Under the pieces are notes generated by a model. It did not search any database, had not been told where the DNA came from, and was given only the letters and a program-made list of their open reading frames with translations. Source: Isosphaeraceae bacterium (GTDB taxonomy: Bacteria; Planctomycetota; Planctomycetia; Isosphaerales; Isosphaeraceae). Taken from it: DNA of 64,000 nucleotides. Below, in pieces: positions 38,395-48,656 of this stretch; within the stretch, counting starts at the first letter, position 1, and every line of letters begins with the position of its first letter. The translations under genes were made by a program, and so were the position numbers. The stretch spans positions 186,001-250,000 of the forward strand of contig CBDAVP010000016.1 in assembly GCA_965201075.1 (NCBI GenBank), given 5' to 3'.

Positions 38395-40167
38395 ATGCCG
38401 ACCCCCCGGTGCCGATTCCTCTCAATGATCGGTTCCATCGGCCTCGGGTTTCTCGCCACGTCCAACCAGCTTGGAGCGCAAGGCGGACCCCCCTTCCCCG
38501 AGGGCTATCCCGAACCCTCGACGATGGGCCCCGCCCTGACCCGATTGGCCGAAACCCACCCCCGGTCGGTCCGCGTCCGCTCGCTGGGACGGAGTCTCCA
38601 GGGTCGCGACCTTTGGCTGGCCCAGGTGGGTCACCCGATCGCCGAGGGGAACCCCCCCCGTCCCACCGTTCTGGTCGTCGCCGACCTGGAGGCCGACCAC
38701 TTCGTCGGGGGCCTCATCGCGCTGGAACTCATCGGGCGACTGGCCGTGGCCGACGGTCACGACCCGGAAGTCACCGCCCTGCTGGACCGCGTCACCCTCG
38801 ACTTCATCCCCAGGCCCAACCCCGACGGGTCGGAATCCGCCTGGAAGGCGCCCCACCCACCCTCGCGAGGCAACCTCCGCCCGCTGGACCGCGACCGCGA
38901 CGGCCGATCGGCCGAGGACGGGCCCAACGACCTCGACGGCGACGGGCTCATCACCACCATGAGGGTGTTCGACGGACAAGCCACGCAACTGGCCAACGAG
39001 TCCGACCCTCGCATCGCCCACCGGGCCGACGCGTCGAAGGGAGAGCGCGCCCGGTTCCGAGAGTTCACCGAGGGCCTCGACGACGATGGCGACAACCTCG
39101 TCAACGAGGACCCGCCCCGAGGCGTCGACCTCGACCGGAACTGGCCGCATCGCTGGGCCGAGTTCGACCCCGAGGCCGGCACCGCCCCCGCCAGCGAGCC
39201 CGAGGTCCTGGCCTTGATCCGCCACGCGTTCGACCACCCCGAGATCGCCATCGTCTGGAACCTGGGCCTCCGGGACAACCTCGCCAAGGCCGCGACCGAG
39301 GTGGAGGACGCCGACAAGCCGATCTTCGCCGAATGTTCGAGGCTGGCCAAGGCGACTCGCGAGACGGTCAAGCCCCCGGCGGTCGTGGCCCTTCCGGTCG
39401 AGCGTCCCTCACTGGTATCGAGACCCGCGGCGGCCGGACCGCGAGTCGACCGCCGCCCCGCCGCCAACGAAGGGACCGAGGGCCAACCGCCCACGTCCGA
39501 CCCCTCGGCCGACGGCTCCCTGGTGGCCTGGGCGTACCACCAATTCGGCGTTCTGGGCCTCGCTTCTCGGGTTTGGCCCTCCCCGGAGTTTCCTCCGACC
39601 GCCGCGGGGCAGCCGGAACCGCCGGCCGGAGGCGAGGCGCGCTGGCTCTCCTGGAACGACCGGGTCGTCGGCGGCCGGGCGTTCGTTCCCTTCGCCCCAT
39701 TCGACCACCCGACCCTGGGCCGCGTCGAACTCGGGGGCTGGAAGCCCGGCGTCCGCGTCAACCCGCCCATCTCCCGGCTGGACTCGCTGGTCGACGAATC
39801 CCTCGCCTTGCTCAAGGCCCTCGCCGGTCGGCTGCCCGCCCTGGCCATCGCCGAGGCTCGCGCCGAGGCCAAGGGCCAGGGCGTCTTCGAGGTCCACGTC
39901 GAGATCGAGAACACCGGAACCCTGCCTACCGCCCTGGCCCAGGGAGTCCGCACCCGAACGGCTCCTCCGGTGCGCGTTCGCCTGCTTCCCGGGACAGCCC
40001 GCATCCTCGCCGGCAAGGCCGCGCAACAGGTCGACGCGCTGGCTGGCTCGGGAGGGCGACGGTCCTTTCGTTGGCTTGTCCTCGCGCCCGCCGGCGTCGA
40101 GTCGCTGACCGTCGAGGCCGATTGTGCCAAGGCGGGGCACGTTTCCCAGGTCATCCCTCTCCGCTGA
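38395..40167 (+). CDS. M14 carboxypeptidase-like protein lacking catalytic residues
   Basis: LGRSLQGRDLW, NPDG, DxDxDG repeats, DLDRNW, SEPE; HxxE replaced by EADH. Confidence 0.8.
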   Translation: MPTPRCRFLSMIGSIGLGFLATSNQLGAQGGPPFPEGYPEPSTMGPALTRLAETHPRSVRVRSLGRSLQGRDLWLAQVGHPIAEGNPPRPTVLVVADLEADHFVGGLIALELIGRLAVADGHDPEVTALLDRVTLDFIPRPNPDGSESAWKAPHPPSRGNLRPLDRDRDGRSAEDGPNDLDGDGLITTMRVFDGQATQLANESDPRIAHRADASKGERARFREFTEGLDDDGDNLVNEDPPRGVDLDRNWPHRWAEFDPEAGTAPASEPEVLALIRHAFDHPEIAIVWNLGLRDNLAKAATEVEDADKPIFAECSRLAKATRETVKPPAVVALPVERPSLVSRPAAAGPRVDRRPAANEGTEGQPPTSDPSADGSLVAWAYHQFGVLGLASRVWPSPEFPPTAAGQPEPPAGGEARWLSWNDRVVGGRAFVPFAPFDHPTLGRVELGGWKPGVRVNPPISRLDSLVDESLALLKALAGRLPALAIAEARAEAKGQGVFEVHVEIENTGTLPTALAQGVRTRTAPPVRVRLLPGTARILAGKAAQQVDALAGSGGRRSFRWLVLAPAGVESLTVEADCAKAGHVSQVIPLR

Positions 40168-40183
40168 ACCGAGGCCGGTCGCG

Positions 40184-41953
40184 ATGACTCTTGCTTCCGG
40201 ACAACGAGGGCGGCGGCTGGCCTTGAAGCTCGTGGCCGTCCTGACGGGGTGGGTGTCGCTGGCCTTCGCCGAGGCTCCTCGGCCCCCGTTGGCCTTCAAC
40301 CGTCTGCACGACGAGGCGGCGATGGACGAGGCCATTTCCTCGCTGGTCGCGGCCCACCCCAGGTTCCTCTCGAAGACGAGTTTGGGCAAGAGCGTCCAGG
40401 GGCGCGACCTTTGGTGCGTCACCGTCAACGACCCCGAGACCGGGCCCGACCGTTCCAAGCCGGCGATGTACGTCGACGGCAACATCCACGGCAACGAGGT
40501 CCAGGCCGCCGAGGTCTGCCTGTATCTCCTCTGGACCCTGGCCGAGCGTCGAGACCAGGTCCCCGAGGTCAAACGCCTCTTGGCCGAGCGGGCGTTCTAC
40601 ATCGTGCCGGTCGTCAACCCCGACGGTCGCGCCTTCTGGTTCCGGGCGCCCAACACAACCAACTCCGGACGCGGGCCGTTGCGGCCGATGGACGAGGACC
40701 GGGACGGCCTGGTCGACGAGGATGGCTTTGATGACCTCGACGGCGATGGCCAGATCACCGAGATGCGTCGCAAATCCCCCGATGGCCGCTATCGGATCTC
40801 GCCCGAGGACCCGAGGGTTCTCGTCAAGGTCGCGACCGAGGAACCTGGCGACTATGAATGGTTGGGGTCCGAGGGGATCGACAACGACGGTGACGGACGA
40901 ATCAACGAAGACCCTCCCGGCGGCGGCGACCTGAACCGCAACTTCCCGGCCGACTGGCAGCCCGAACACATCCAGTCCGGCGCGGGGGACTTTCCCCTCA
41001 GCTTCCCCGAGACTCGCGCGGTCGCGGCGTTCGTCCGCGATCACCCCAACATCGCGGGCGTCCAGGCGTTCCACAACGCCGCCGGGATGATCCTGAGAGG
41101 TCCCGGGCACGAGTCCCGCCGCGATCAGTATCCGGCCGAGGACGAACAGGTCGCCCAGGCCATCGGTCGCGCCGGCGAGCGAATGCTTCCGGGATACCGA
41201 AGCCTGGTGATCCACAAGGACTTATACTCGCTCCACGGCGGGTTCATTACCTGGACTTACGAGCACCTGGGCATCGTTTCGTTCACCAACGAGTTATGGA
41301 ACAACGAGCAGTTGCTCGGAAAATCCGAGAAGCGAACCGGCGAACGGGCCCTGGCTCTCGCCGTCGGCGAGGACGACAAGACGGGCCAACTCTTCGCCAA
41401 TGATCGTCTTTTGTTCGGCACCCAGTTCGTCCCCTGGCATCGGGTCGCCCACCCGCGTTTTGGCGAAATCGAGGTGGGAGGGTTCGTCAAGCAATCCCAG
41501 CGCATCCCTCCGGGCTTTCTCCTGGAAGAACTTTGCCACCGCAACGCCGCGTTTGTCCTGTACCACGCCGACCAGCTTCCCCGGCTGACCTGGGGAGAGA
41601 GCAAGGTCGAACGACTCGGCGACGACCTTTGGTGCCTGACTTTGGCCATCCACAACGGCCGGGCCCTGTCGACGGTTGGCGGGCAGGCGGCAAGACGGCG
41701 GGTGGGCCTGCCCGACCGTTTCGTGGTTTCCGGTCCCGGCTTGCGGGTCCTGGGCGGCGGATTCGTCACTGACCCCGACGCCGGGACGGTCGACCCGGCC
41801 GATCGTCGTCCCGAGGTTCTGGACCTTCCCCGAGGCGTCGAGGGGCACGGGACCGCCCGGGTTCGCTGGTTTCTTCAGGGCCGGGGTGAGGCCATTGTGC
41901 GGTTTCGTTCCGAAAAGGGTGGTCTGCTGGAGCGCACGATTGGCCCCCCCTGA
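40184..41953 (+). CDS. M14 family zinc carboxypeptidase
   Basis: NIHGNE, VNPDG, DLNRNF, FHN, FTNELW; signal peptide; DxDxDG repeats. Confidence 0.9.
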   Translation: MTLASGQRGRRLALKLVAVLTGWVSLAFAEAPRPPLAFNRLHDEAAMDEAISSLVAAHPRFLSKTSLGKSVQGRDLWCVTVNDPETGPDRSKPAMYVDGNIHGNEVQAAEVCLYLLWTLAERRDQVPEVKRLLAERAFYIVPVVNPDGRAFWFRAPNTTNSGRGPLRPMDEDRDGLVDEDGFDDLDGDGQITEMRRKSPDGRYRISPEDPRVLVKVATEEPGDYEWLGSEGIDNDGDGRINEDPPGGGDLNRNFPADWQPEHIQSGAGDFPLSFPETRAVAAFVRDHPNIAGVQAFHNAAGMILRGPGHESRRDQYPAEDEQVAQAIGRAGERMLPGYRSLVIHKDLYSLHGGFITWTYEHLGIVSFTNELWNNEQLLGKSEKRTGERALALAVGEDDKTGQLFANDRLLFGTQFVPWHRVAHPRFGEIEVGGFVKQSQRIPPGFLLEELCHRNAAFVLYHADQLPRLTWGESKVERLGDDLWCLTLAIHNGRALSTVGGQAARRRVGLPDRFVVSGPGLRVLGGGFVTDPDAGTVDPADRRPEVLDLPRGVEGHGTARVRWFLQGRGEAIVRFRSEKGGLLERTIGPP

Positions 41954-42081
41954 ACCCTCCTTCGCATTCATGAGGAATCCCACGCGCGCGGCCGGGGGGG
42001 CTAGACTTGGGGGGGATCGAGCTATAACGTCTGGGGAGGGGGAGCTTGGCGGGGGTTGGGGCCGTCCACGCAGGAAGACTC

Positions 42082-44814
42082 ATGGTCGACCCGAAGGCGA
42101 CACGGTTCTGGCAGCAGGCGACCCAGAGTGGCCTGATCGACGCTCAGGCCTTGATGTCGTGCTGGCTCCGGGTGCCGGAGGCCAAGCGCACGACTGATGG
42201 GGCCGAGCGTCGACTGGCTCGCCAGGCCGTCGACGCCGGCTTGTTGACGGTCTGGCAGGCTCAACAGTTTCTCAGCAATCGCGCGGGGTCGTTGAAGATC
42301 GAGAAGTACGTGATGCTGGACCGCCTGGGAGTGGGCGGGATGGGTCGCGTCTACCTGGCCCGGGACACCCGCCTGGGGCGTCGCGTGGCGATCAAGCTTC
42401 TCTCTCCCGAGCGGCTCAGCAACCCGAGGGCCCTGGCGAGGTTCCTGAGAGAGGCCAAGGTCGGAGCCCAGCTTCAGCACGAGAACCTGGTGAGGATCTA
42501 CGACGAAGGGGAGTCCAACGGCATCCCGTTCCTCGTCATGGAATTGATCGAGGGGAAGACCCTGCACCGGCTGTTCCTGGACCAGGGCCAGATGCCCCCG
42601 AGGATCGCCGCCAACCTCGGCCGGCAGGTAGCGCTGGGGTTGGAGCATGCTCATCAGAAGGGGCTGATTCATCGGGACGTCAACCCAATGAACATCATGG
42701 TGACGGCCGAGGGGGTCGCCAAGCTGACCGACCTCGGCCTGGCGCTGGATGTGGCCGATGGCGAGGGGGCGTTGACTCGCGACGGGATGACGGTCGGGAC
42801 ATTTGACTACATCAGCCCGGAACAGGCCCGCGCCTCTCGGGACGTCGACACCCGCGCGGATATCTATTCGCTGGGCTGCACCCTCTATCATCTGATCACG
42901 GGCGGAGTCCCCTTCCCGACCTCGAGCCTGCCCGAGAAGCTCTACGCCCATCAGGCGAGCGAGCCGCCGCCTCTGGAAAACTCGGCCGGGGACGTCCCTC
43001 CGGGGCTGGCGGCGGTGATCTCGAAAATGATGGCGAAGCGGCCCGACGACCGTTACTCCACCCCGATGCGAGTGGCCGAGGCGTTGGAACCGTTCCAGGG
43101 AAGCGGGCGGCCCGTCATCCCCTGGCCGAAGCAGGAACGGGTGCCTGAGCCCTCGCCCGAGGCGGCCCTGTTGACGGCGGGAGTCAACCGCGATGTCGAT
43201 CCGTTCGGATCCTCCGGGCCGCTCGGGGGATCTTCGGGCCTCTCGGAAGACCTGATCTCGCCCCTCGGCTCGTCCCCCTCGGCCAGGAGTGAGTCGGGCG
43301 CCAACCCCTGGGTCAGCGGCGACTCGGGGTTCCCCGCCGGCAGCGGGTCGACCTCCCGAGACGAGCCGGTCGCGACCCCGCCCCGTCCCCACTCGGCGAC
43401 GGGAGGCGCTCCACCCGCCTCGACCCTCCCTCCTGACTCCGAAGGCGTGGAGCTTGACGACGACGACGAAGCGGAGCCCGATGATCCCTCGGCCATCTTC
43501 GACGTGGCCCGGTTCGCCTCGGTCTCGGGAGAGCCGGCCACGACGGGGATCGTCGTCGTGGAGCCGTTCGTTTCCAATGACCTCCCGACCCGGGAGCGCC
43601 CTCGGGGTCCGGGTCCCGTCCGCCGCGGGAAGGGATTGCCCCTGAAGGCCATCAACGTTGTAACCGTCCTGCTGATCCTGGGGCTGGGGCTGGGCCTGAT
43701 CGCTCGCTCGGTGAGCCGCCGGCTCTCGGCGTTCGTGCCCAGGGGGCCGTCGATCGAGCGAGATAATGGCCGGGGGGCCTTCCTCACATCGTCGAAGGGC
43801 AAGGCGATTCAGTATCGAGTGACCGGTGGCGACCTGGCGACGGCCGCCGACCTGCGCGAGGCCTTGGTGAACGTCGGCTCGAAGGGGGGCGAGGTCGTCC
43901 TGTCGGGCGTCTCGGGAAAGTCCATCGCCATCGACGCGCCCTTGGAGATCACTGGCGCCGTTGAGATTCGCGGAGAGCCGGGGTCGGGGGCGATCCTGGT
44001 CGCCCGGTCGGTCGCCGAGCCGTGGTTGCGCGTCAAGTCGGGGGCTTCGCTGATCTTGGAGGGGCTGACCCTCGCCGAATCCTGCAACCGCAAAGGGGGG
44101 TCTCGGCTGATCGAGGCCGAGGGGGAATTGACCTTGAGGCGTTGCCTGGTCTGGACCAACGACGGGGAGGAGGATTCCCGGGGGATTGTCGCCTCGGGCC
44201 CGAAGGTCACGCTCGACGGCTGCGGGTTCCGAGGCTACGCCCGAGCGGTGGACCTGGCCTTGAGCCCCGGGGCGACCCTCTCGCTGCACCACTGTTTGTT
44301 CGCCTGGTCGAAGGCGGACCGGAGGAAGACTGGCTGGGCGCTCCGGGTCGCGGGCCGGGGGGAAGCGGCCGAACGATCGCTGGTTCTGGATCATTGCACG
44401 GTCGGCGGCGGTGGCCTGCTGGACGTGGGCGAGGGGTTCACGGTCGCCCAACCGTTGGCTGTGACGTGTTCCAGGACCGCGGCGCTGGTGGATTCGCTGT
44501 TGCTCTGGGAGTCATCACCGGCCGAGTTCCCCAAGGCGATTCACTGGAAGGGGGAGGGCAACCGCTATGACGTGCAGAAAACGGCATGGGTCGTCCTGCC
44601 CCCCTCCGGGTTCGACGCCTTGCCCGGCGGCCCGGATGACCCGGCGTCCTGGCAAAAGGTTTGCCCCGAGACGGCTTTGATCGCCAAGTCGTTCCACTTC
44701 GTCGGGCCGGATTCAGGGATCTTTGACGCGAGCCACTACGCCCTGGCCGACGCCGACGCTCGCGGAGTGGGGGCCGACGTGAGCCGAGTCGGGCCGACTG
44801 CCTTGGGTCGGTAG
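42082..44814 (+). CDS. Hanks-type Ser/Thr kinase with TM and C-terminal beta-helix-like domain
   Basis: LGVGGMGRVY, VAIK, HRDVNP, DLG, YISPEQ, DIYSLG; one TM helix; repeated LxLxxC rungs. Confidence 0.92.
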   Translation: MVDPKATRFWQQATQSGLIDAQALMSCWLRVPEAKRTTDGAERRLARQAVDAGLLTVWQAQQFLSNRAGSLKIEKYVMLDRLGVGGMGRVYLARDTRLGRRVAIKLLSPERLSNPRALARFLREAKVGAQLQHENLVRIYDEGESNGIPFLVMELIEGKTLHRLFLDQGQMPPRIAANLGRQVALGLEHAHQKGLIHRDVNPMNIMVTAEGVAKLTDLGLALDVADGEGALTRDGMTVGTFDYISPEQARASRDVDTRADIYSLGCTLYHLITGGVPFPTSSLPEKLYAHQASEPPPLENSAGDVPPGLAAVISKMMAKRPDDRYSTPMRVAEALEPFQGSGRPVIPWPKQERVPEPSPEAALLTAGVNRDVDPFGSSGPLGGSSGLSEDLISPLGSSPSARSESGANPWVSGDSGFPAGSGSTSRDEPVATPPRPHSATGGAPPASTLPPDSEGVELDDDDEAEPDDPSAIFDVARFASVSGEPATTGIVVVEPFVSNDLPTRERPRGPGPVRRGKGLPLKAINVVTVLLILGLGLGLIARSVSRRLSAFVPRGPSIERDNGRGAFLTSSKGKAIQYRVTGGDLATAADLREALVNVGSKGGEVVLSGVSGKSIAIDAPLEITGAVEIRGEPGSGAILVARSVAEPWLRVKSGASLILEGLTLAESCNRKGGSRLIEAEGELTLRRCLVWTNDGEEDSRGIVASGPKVTLDGCGFRGYARAVDLALSPGATLSLHHCLFAWSKADRRKTGWALRVAGRGEAAERSLVLDHCTVGGGGLLDVGEGFTVAQPLAVTCSRTAALVDSLLLWESSPAEFPKAIHWKGEGNRYDVQKTAWVVLPPSGFDALPGGPDDPASWQKVCPETALIAKSFHFVGPDSGIFDASHYALADADARGVGADVSRVGPTALGR

Positions 44815-44827
44815 GAGGCGGGAAACG

Positions 44828-45235
44828 TCAATCGCCGCCGGAGAGCAGGTGGCGGCTGGAGTGGAAGTAGCGGACCTGTCGAGGGGTGGGGGCGGGGGCG
44901 TCGAGGTCGGCGCGGTCGCGGAGGTCGGCGACGTTGGCCCGGCAGAATGGGCATTCGATGATGTCGAGGTGAAACGTCAGGTATTCGGCGTGGGCCGGGT
45001 CCAGCGCCTCGAGCAGGTAGCTACCCCACTGCTGCCGAGGGGGGCAGGTCAGGCGGTTGCGCCTCCAGATCGCCCCCAGGGAGTGCAGGCCCACTTCGCC
45101 GCCGCTGGTTCGCAACGATTCCAGATCGGCCCGCAGCGAGGCCGAGTCGCGCAAGGCTTTTTCGACGCGGGCCATCCCTTCGGCGGGGAGGGTCTCGGCC
45201 ATGTAGGCCCGCAGGTCGGCGTCGTCGATCGTCAA
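44828..45235 (-). CDS. Soluble zinc-binding anti-sigma-like protein
   Basis: LTCP...FHLDIIECPFC (ZAS-like); degenerate N-terminal repeat; TTG 45235 overlaps the ECF stop. Confidence 0.7.
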   Translation of the reverse strand: MTIDDADLRAYMAETLPAEGMARVEKALRDSASLRADLESLRTSGGEVGLHSLGAIWRRNRLTCPPRQQWGSYLLEALDPAHAEYLTFHLDIIECPFCRANVADLRDRADLDAPAPTPRQVRYFHSSRHLLSGGD

Positions 45236-45882
45236 GGCGCGACCCTCCCGGTGCCCGGGCCCAGGTGGTCGTCGAAACTCATTCCTGAGCGACGAGCCAC
45301 GTCCTTGAGCCGAGTGACGACCTGGAACTTGTAGCTGGCGACGGCCTGCTCGGTGATCCCCAGGTGACGGGCGACGTCCTTGTTGGCCCAACCCTTGACG
45401 ATCAACAGTTCCAGGCACTTGAGCCGGCCGAACTCGCCGCGGCCTTGCCACTCGCGGACCATCTCGCCGACGGCCTGGGTCAGCAGGCGTTCCTCGGCGA
45501 CCACTCGCTCCTCTCGGCGGGCGATGCTGGAGGCCGCGGGCGCGGGTCCGGCCACCTCGTCCAGCGGCCTTCCGTGGTCGTCGGAGCCGAACTGGTCGAT
45601 GGGCCGCCGCCCCTTGCGGCGCAGGTGGTCGGTCAGCTTGTGAGCGGCGATCGAGAACAGGTACGCCTCGATGTCCCGCCCCTCGTCGAAGTGCGGCAGG
45701 CTGGTCAGGAAGCCGATGAAGGTCTCCTGAACCACGTCCTCGCTGGCGGCGCGGTCGCGGATACGGCTATCGACGAATGCCAAAAGCCGCCCTTCATAAC
45801 GACCGATCAGTTGCCGCCAGGCCTCGGTGTCGCCGGCGCGGACCTGCCCGATGAGGAGCTTCTCGGCGTCGTTGGTGGCCAT
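45232..45882 (-). CDS. ECF RNA polymerase sigma factor
   Basis: GDTEAW-x2-LI-x-RY, SEDVVQETF, YLFSIA-x-HK-x2-D-x-LR; region 4 ANKDVA-x2-LGITEQAV. Confidence 0.93.
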   Translation of the reverse strand: MATNDAEKLLIGQVRAGDTEAWRQLIGRYEGRLLAFVDSRIRDRAASEDVVQETFIGFLTSLPHFDEGRDIEAYLFSIAAHKLTDHLRRKGRRPIDQFGSDDHGRPLDEVAGPAPAASSIARREERVVAEERLLTQAVGEMVREWQGRGEFGRLKCLELLIVKGWANKDVARHLGITEQAVASYKFQVVTRLKDVARRSGMSFDDHLGPGTGRVAP

Positions 45883-46003
45883 CGCGGGCTCGGTCGGTCG
45901 GTCGGTCCGGTCGATCGGGCGGGCCGCGACGATCGGGGCGGCCCTTTGCCCGGACCGCCATCATAACTTGCCCCTGGGGACCGTCGCTAGCGTCAAGGAT
46001 CGC

Positions 46004-46735
46004 TCAGGAGGCGACGCAACGATAGAAGACATACCCCGCGGCACCCAGGCCCGCCAGGGTCAGCATTCTCAGGCGGTTGGTGTAATAGCCCTTGGTTGCC
46101 TCATCAGCGCGGACATACGTGGAGAACGCCGCCAGGGCGATCAACAACAAGGCGAGCAGCGAGCCGAGCAATCCCAAGCGGCGGGCGACCAGGTCTTGCT
46201 GGTACGCGGCGACAAGGCTGGCGCGGGCATTGGGTTCGAGGTTCAGCTCATAGCCGGCGACGTAGACCACCGGATAATCGTCGAGCGCGGGCATGCCGGC
46301 CCTTCGGGCGATCGGCTCGACGTGGGTACGACGGATCAACGCCTCGACGGTCGCTTTGGGAGCCTGCCAGCCGCCGTTGACCTCGGGCCGGAGCCAACGG
46401 GCGACCTCGTGGTCCACGGCCTTGCGAGCGTCGGCCAGGGCGCGCTCTCGGGTCGCCGAGAGCCGCCCCTTGACGACCCGCAAGGGTGACGAGCGGTCGG
46501 GCGTGGCGACCCGGAACCAGTCGGGGACGTCGGCGAACTCAGCGTCGGCCATCGACGGGGCCGCGGCCGGGTCGGCGACGGGCCGGTCCCGAGCGTTGGG
46601 GTTCAGAATCGTCCGGCCGAGGCGGGCGAAGAAGCCGCGAGACGCGTCGGGGGGTTGCGCGGCCGGGGCCACGTTCGCCAGCAGGGAGAGGCCCAGGGTC
46701 AGTCCGAGCAGCGTTCGAGAGGCGTTCATGACCAT
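46004..46735 (-). CDS. Hypothetical exported protein with a C-terminal TM hairpin
   Basis: Signal-like N-terminus from ATG 46735/46729; TM-RADEATKGYYT-TM at the end. Confidence 0.7.
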   Translation of the reverse strand: MVMNASRTLLGLTLGLSLLANVAPAAQPPDASRGFFARLGRTILNPNARDRPVADPAAAPSMADAEFADVPDWFRVATPDRSSPLRVVKGRLSATRERALADARKAVDHEVARWLRPEVNGGWQAPKATVEALIRRTHVEPIARRAGMPALDDYPVVYVAGYELNLEPNARASLVAAYQQDLVARRLGLLGSLLALLLIALAAFSTYVRADEATKGYYTNRLRMLTLAGLGAAGYVFYRCVAS

Positions 46736-46866
46736 GCGGTCCTCGACGAGCCCGGCCAGGACGAAACGGGTGGAATCGTTCGCCGGAGTCAGGAAGGAAT
46801 TCGTCCGGGGTCGCCCCTCATTGGGGAAATTCGCCCGGGTGGCGGAGCCGACGGAGGAGCTTTGGC

Positions 46867-48522
46867 TCAGGCGACGAACCGCCTGGGGTTCCGTCGTCGG
46901 TAGCGAGCATAGGTCGCGGCGACCCGGTCCCAGGGGCTGACCAGCTGCGCCGTGGCCGTTGCCAGGCCGGCGATCCAAAGTCCGTGAGTCGCCGGCCAGA
47001 ACGGCGAGGGGTCGGTCCGGTCGGGCAGGATCAGTGACGTGGCCGCCCAAACCAGCAGGACCGCGCGGATGACCGACCAGGGGCGGAACCGTCGTTGACG
47101 GTCGCGCCCGGTCAGGTTCCCGACCGTGGCCGCGGCCATCAGTAAGGCGAAGGAGACGCCATAAGTATAGAGGTTGGGCCCGCGAGGCCCGATCGAATGG
47201 GCGGCGGCCGGGTAGAGAAGCACCACCAATACCAGGGTCATCAGGCCGAGCAGGAACCCTGAAGCCAGCGAGGTCAGCAGCTTTTCGCCCCGTCGCGGGG
47301 TTCGCCCTTCCCAGATCCGGCCCAGGATCAAGAGGGTCCAGGTCGTCAGCAAGGCCAGGGCGAACGGCAGTGCCTGCTGAGCGAGCGGCCGGGGCGGGAC
47401 GCCGTCGAGGATCGTGGAGGAGTGGCCCAGGAGCGTCGCCAGGCCGACGACGGGCGTGGCCAGGACCATCGCCATCGCCAGTTCGGCCGTCCGCAACCGG
47501 CCGCTGGGCAGCGGTCCCGGCGCGGGGGGCGGTGTCGGCGGGGCCGGCGGGGGGTAGGCGACCGTCTCCACCAAAGCCGGACGACGGCGGGACTTGCAGC
47601 CACGACGAGGCTTGTCCCGCCAGCCCTTGCGGGGGGGGACGGTGTCGGGGCCGATGTAGAAGACGGCCGGGTCGTCGTTGATCCGCAGCACGTCGTCCCT
47701 GGGCGGAGCGCCAGCCTTCGGCGGCAAAAGGTCGTGGGGGGAGGCCGGACGACGCTCGGGGTCCTTGGCCAGGGCGCGGGCCAGGATCGAACGATATGGT
47801 TCGGCGACCGTCGCGAGGTCGGGCTGGGCGGTCAGGTGCTTCATCAGGACTTCCTGGGACGACTCCCCGGCGAACGGCGGACGGCCGGTGAGCATCTCGT
47901 AGAGCATCACCCCCAGGGCGTAGATGTCGATGGGCTTGTGGTACTTGCCGGTGGACACCTCGGGCGCCATGTAGTGGCAAGTGCCGATGCACTCGGAATG
48001 CTCGGGCCCGGAGAGGTTCGACAGGGCCTTGGCCAAGCCGTAGTCGCCGATCTTGACGACCCCATCTTCCAGGAAGACGTTGGCCGGTTTCAGGTCTCGG
48101 TGAACGATGCCGTGGTCGTGGAGGTAGGCGACCCCGGCCACCAGGCCTTCGAGCCACTGGCGAACGTCCTCGGGCGGAAGTCCCAGGGGGTGGTCGGCCA
48201 GGACCTGCGCGAGGCTCGGTCCGGCGACGTACTCCATCACCACGAACGAGTCGCCCTGGTCGTTGGAGCGCAGGTCGTAGATGGTGATGAGGTGGGGGCT
48301 TTTGAGGTTCATGCACTGCACGACCCCGCGGCGCTCGACGTCGAGGTTGCGGGTGACGAGCTTGAGCGCGACCTCCTTGCCGGCGTCGGAGGTGGCGTAG
48401 TAGACCTCTCCGAAGCCGCCGCGGCCGATGGCCCGCTTGATCGTGTAGCCATCGAGCGGCCGGGCGCCCGACTTGTAGGTGTACCGCTCGGGGGCGACCG
48501 GCGGGGCCGATGTTGGGCTCAT
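46867..48522 (-). CDS. Ser/Thr protein kinase with polytopic membrane C-terminus
   Basis: IGRGGFGEVY, VALK, HRDLKPAN, DYG, GTCHYMAPE, DIYALG; about six hydrophobic helices at the C-terminus. Confidence 0.95.
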   Translation of the reverse strand: MSPTSAPPVAPERYTYKSGARPLDGYTIKRAIGRGGFGEVYYATSDAGKEVALKLVTRNLDVERRGVVQCMNLKSPHLITIYDLRSNDQGDSFVVMEYVAGPSLAQVLADHPLGLPPEDVRQWLEGLVAGVAYLHDHGIVHRDLKPANVFLEDGVVKIGDYGLAKALSNLSGPEHSECIGTCHYMAPEVSTGKYHKPIDIYALGVMLYEMLTGRPPFAGESSQEVLMKHLTAQPDLATVAEPYRSILARALAKDPERRPASPHDLLPPKAGAPPRDDVLRINDDPAVFYIGPDTVPPRKGWRDKPRRGCKSRRRPALVETVAYPPPAPPTPPPAPGPLPSGRLRTAELAMAMVLATPVVGLATLLGHSSTILDGVPPRPLAQQALPFALALLTTWTLLILGRIWEGRTPRRGEKLLTSLASGFLLGLMTLVLVVLLYPAAAHSIGPRGPNLYTYGVSFALLMAAATVGNLTGRDRQRRFRPWSVIRAVLLVWAATSLILPDRTDPSPFWPATHGLWIAGLATATAQLVSPWDRVAATYARYRRRNPRRFVA

Positions 48523-48656
48523 GGCGAAAGGCTCCGGGGGCGTGACCCCCGCCGGAAAGATCGGGGCCGGAGGCGTGGCCTGCTCGGGTCCGGAGGGTAT
48601 TCGCCGGGGTCCGGGGGTTATTGATCGCCCGGACCTCGGGGACCTCCGACCCATCG

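Noticed and set aside
38409..40187. 592-aa alternative-frame ORF
   Set aside because: Arg/Pro-rich frame overlapping the M14-like gene.
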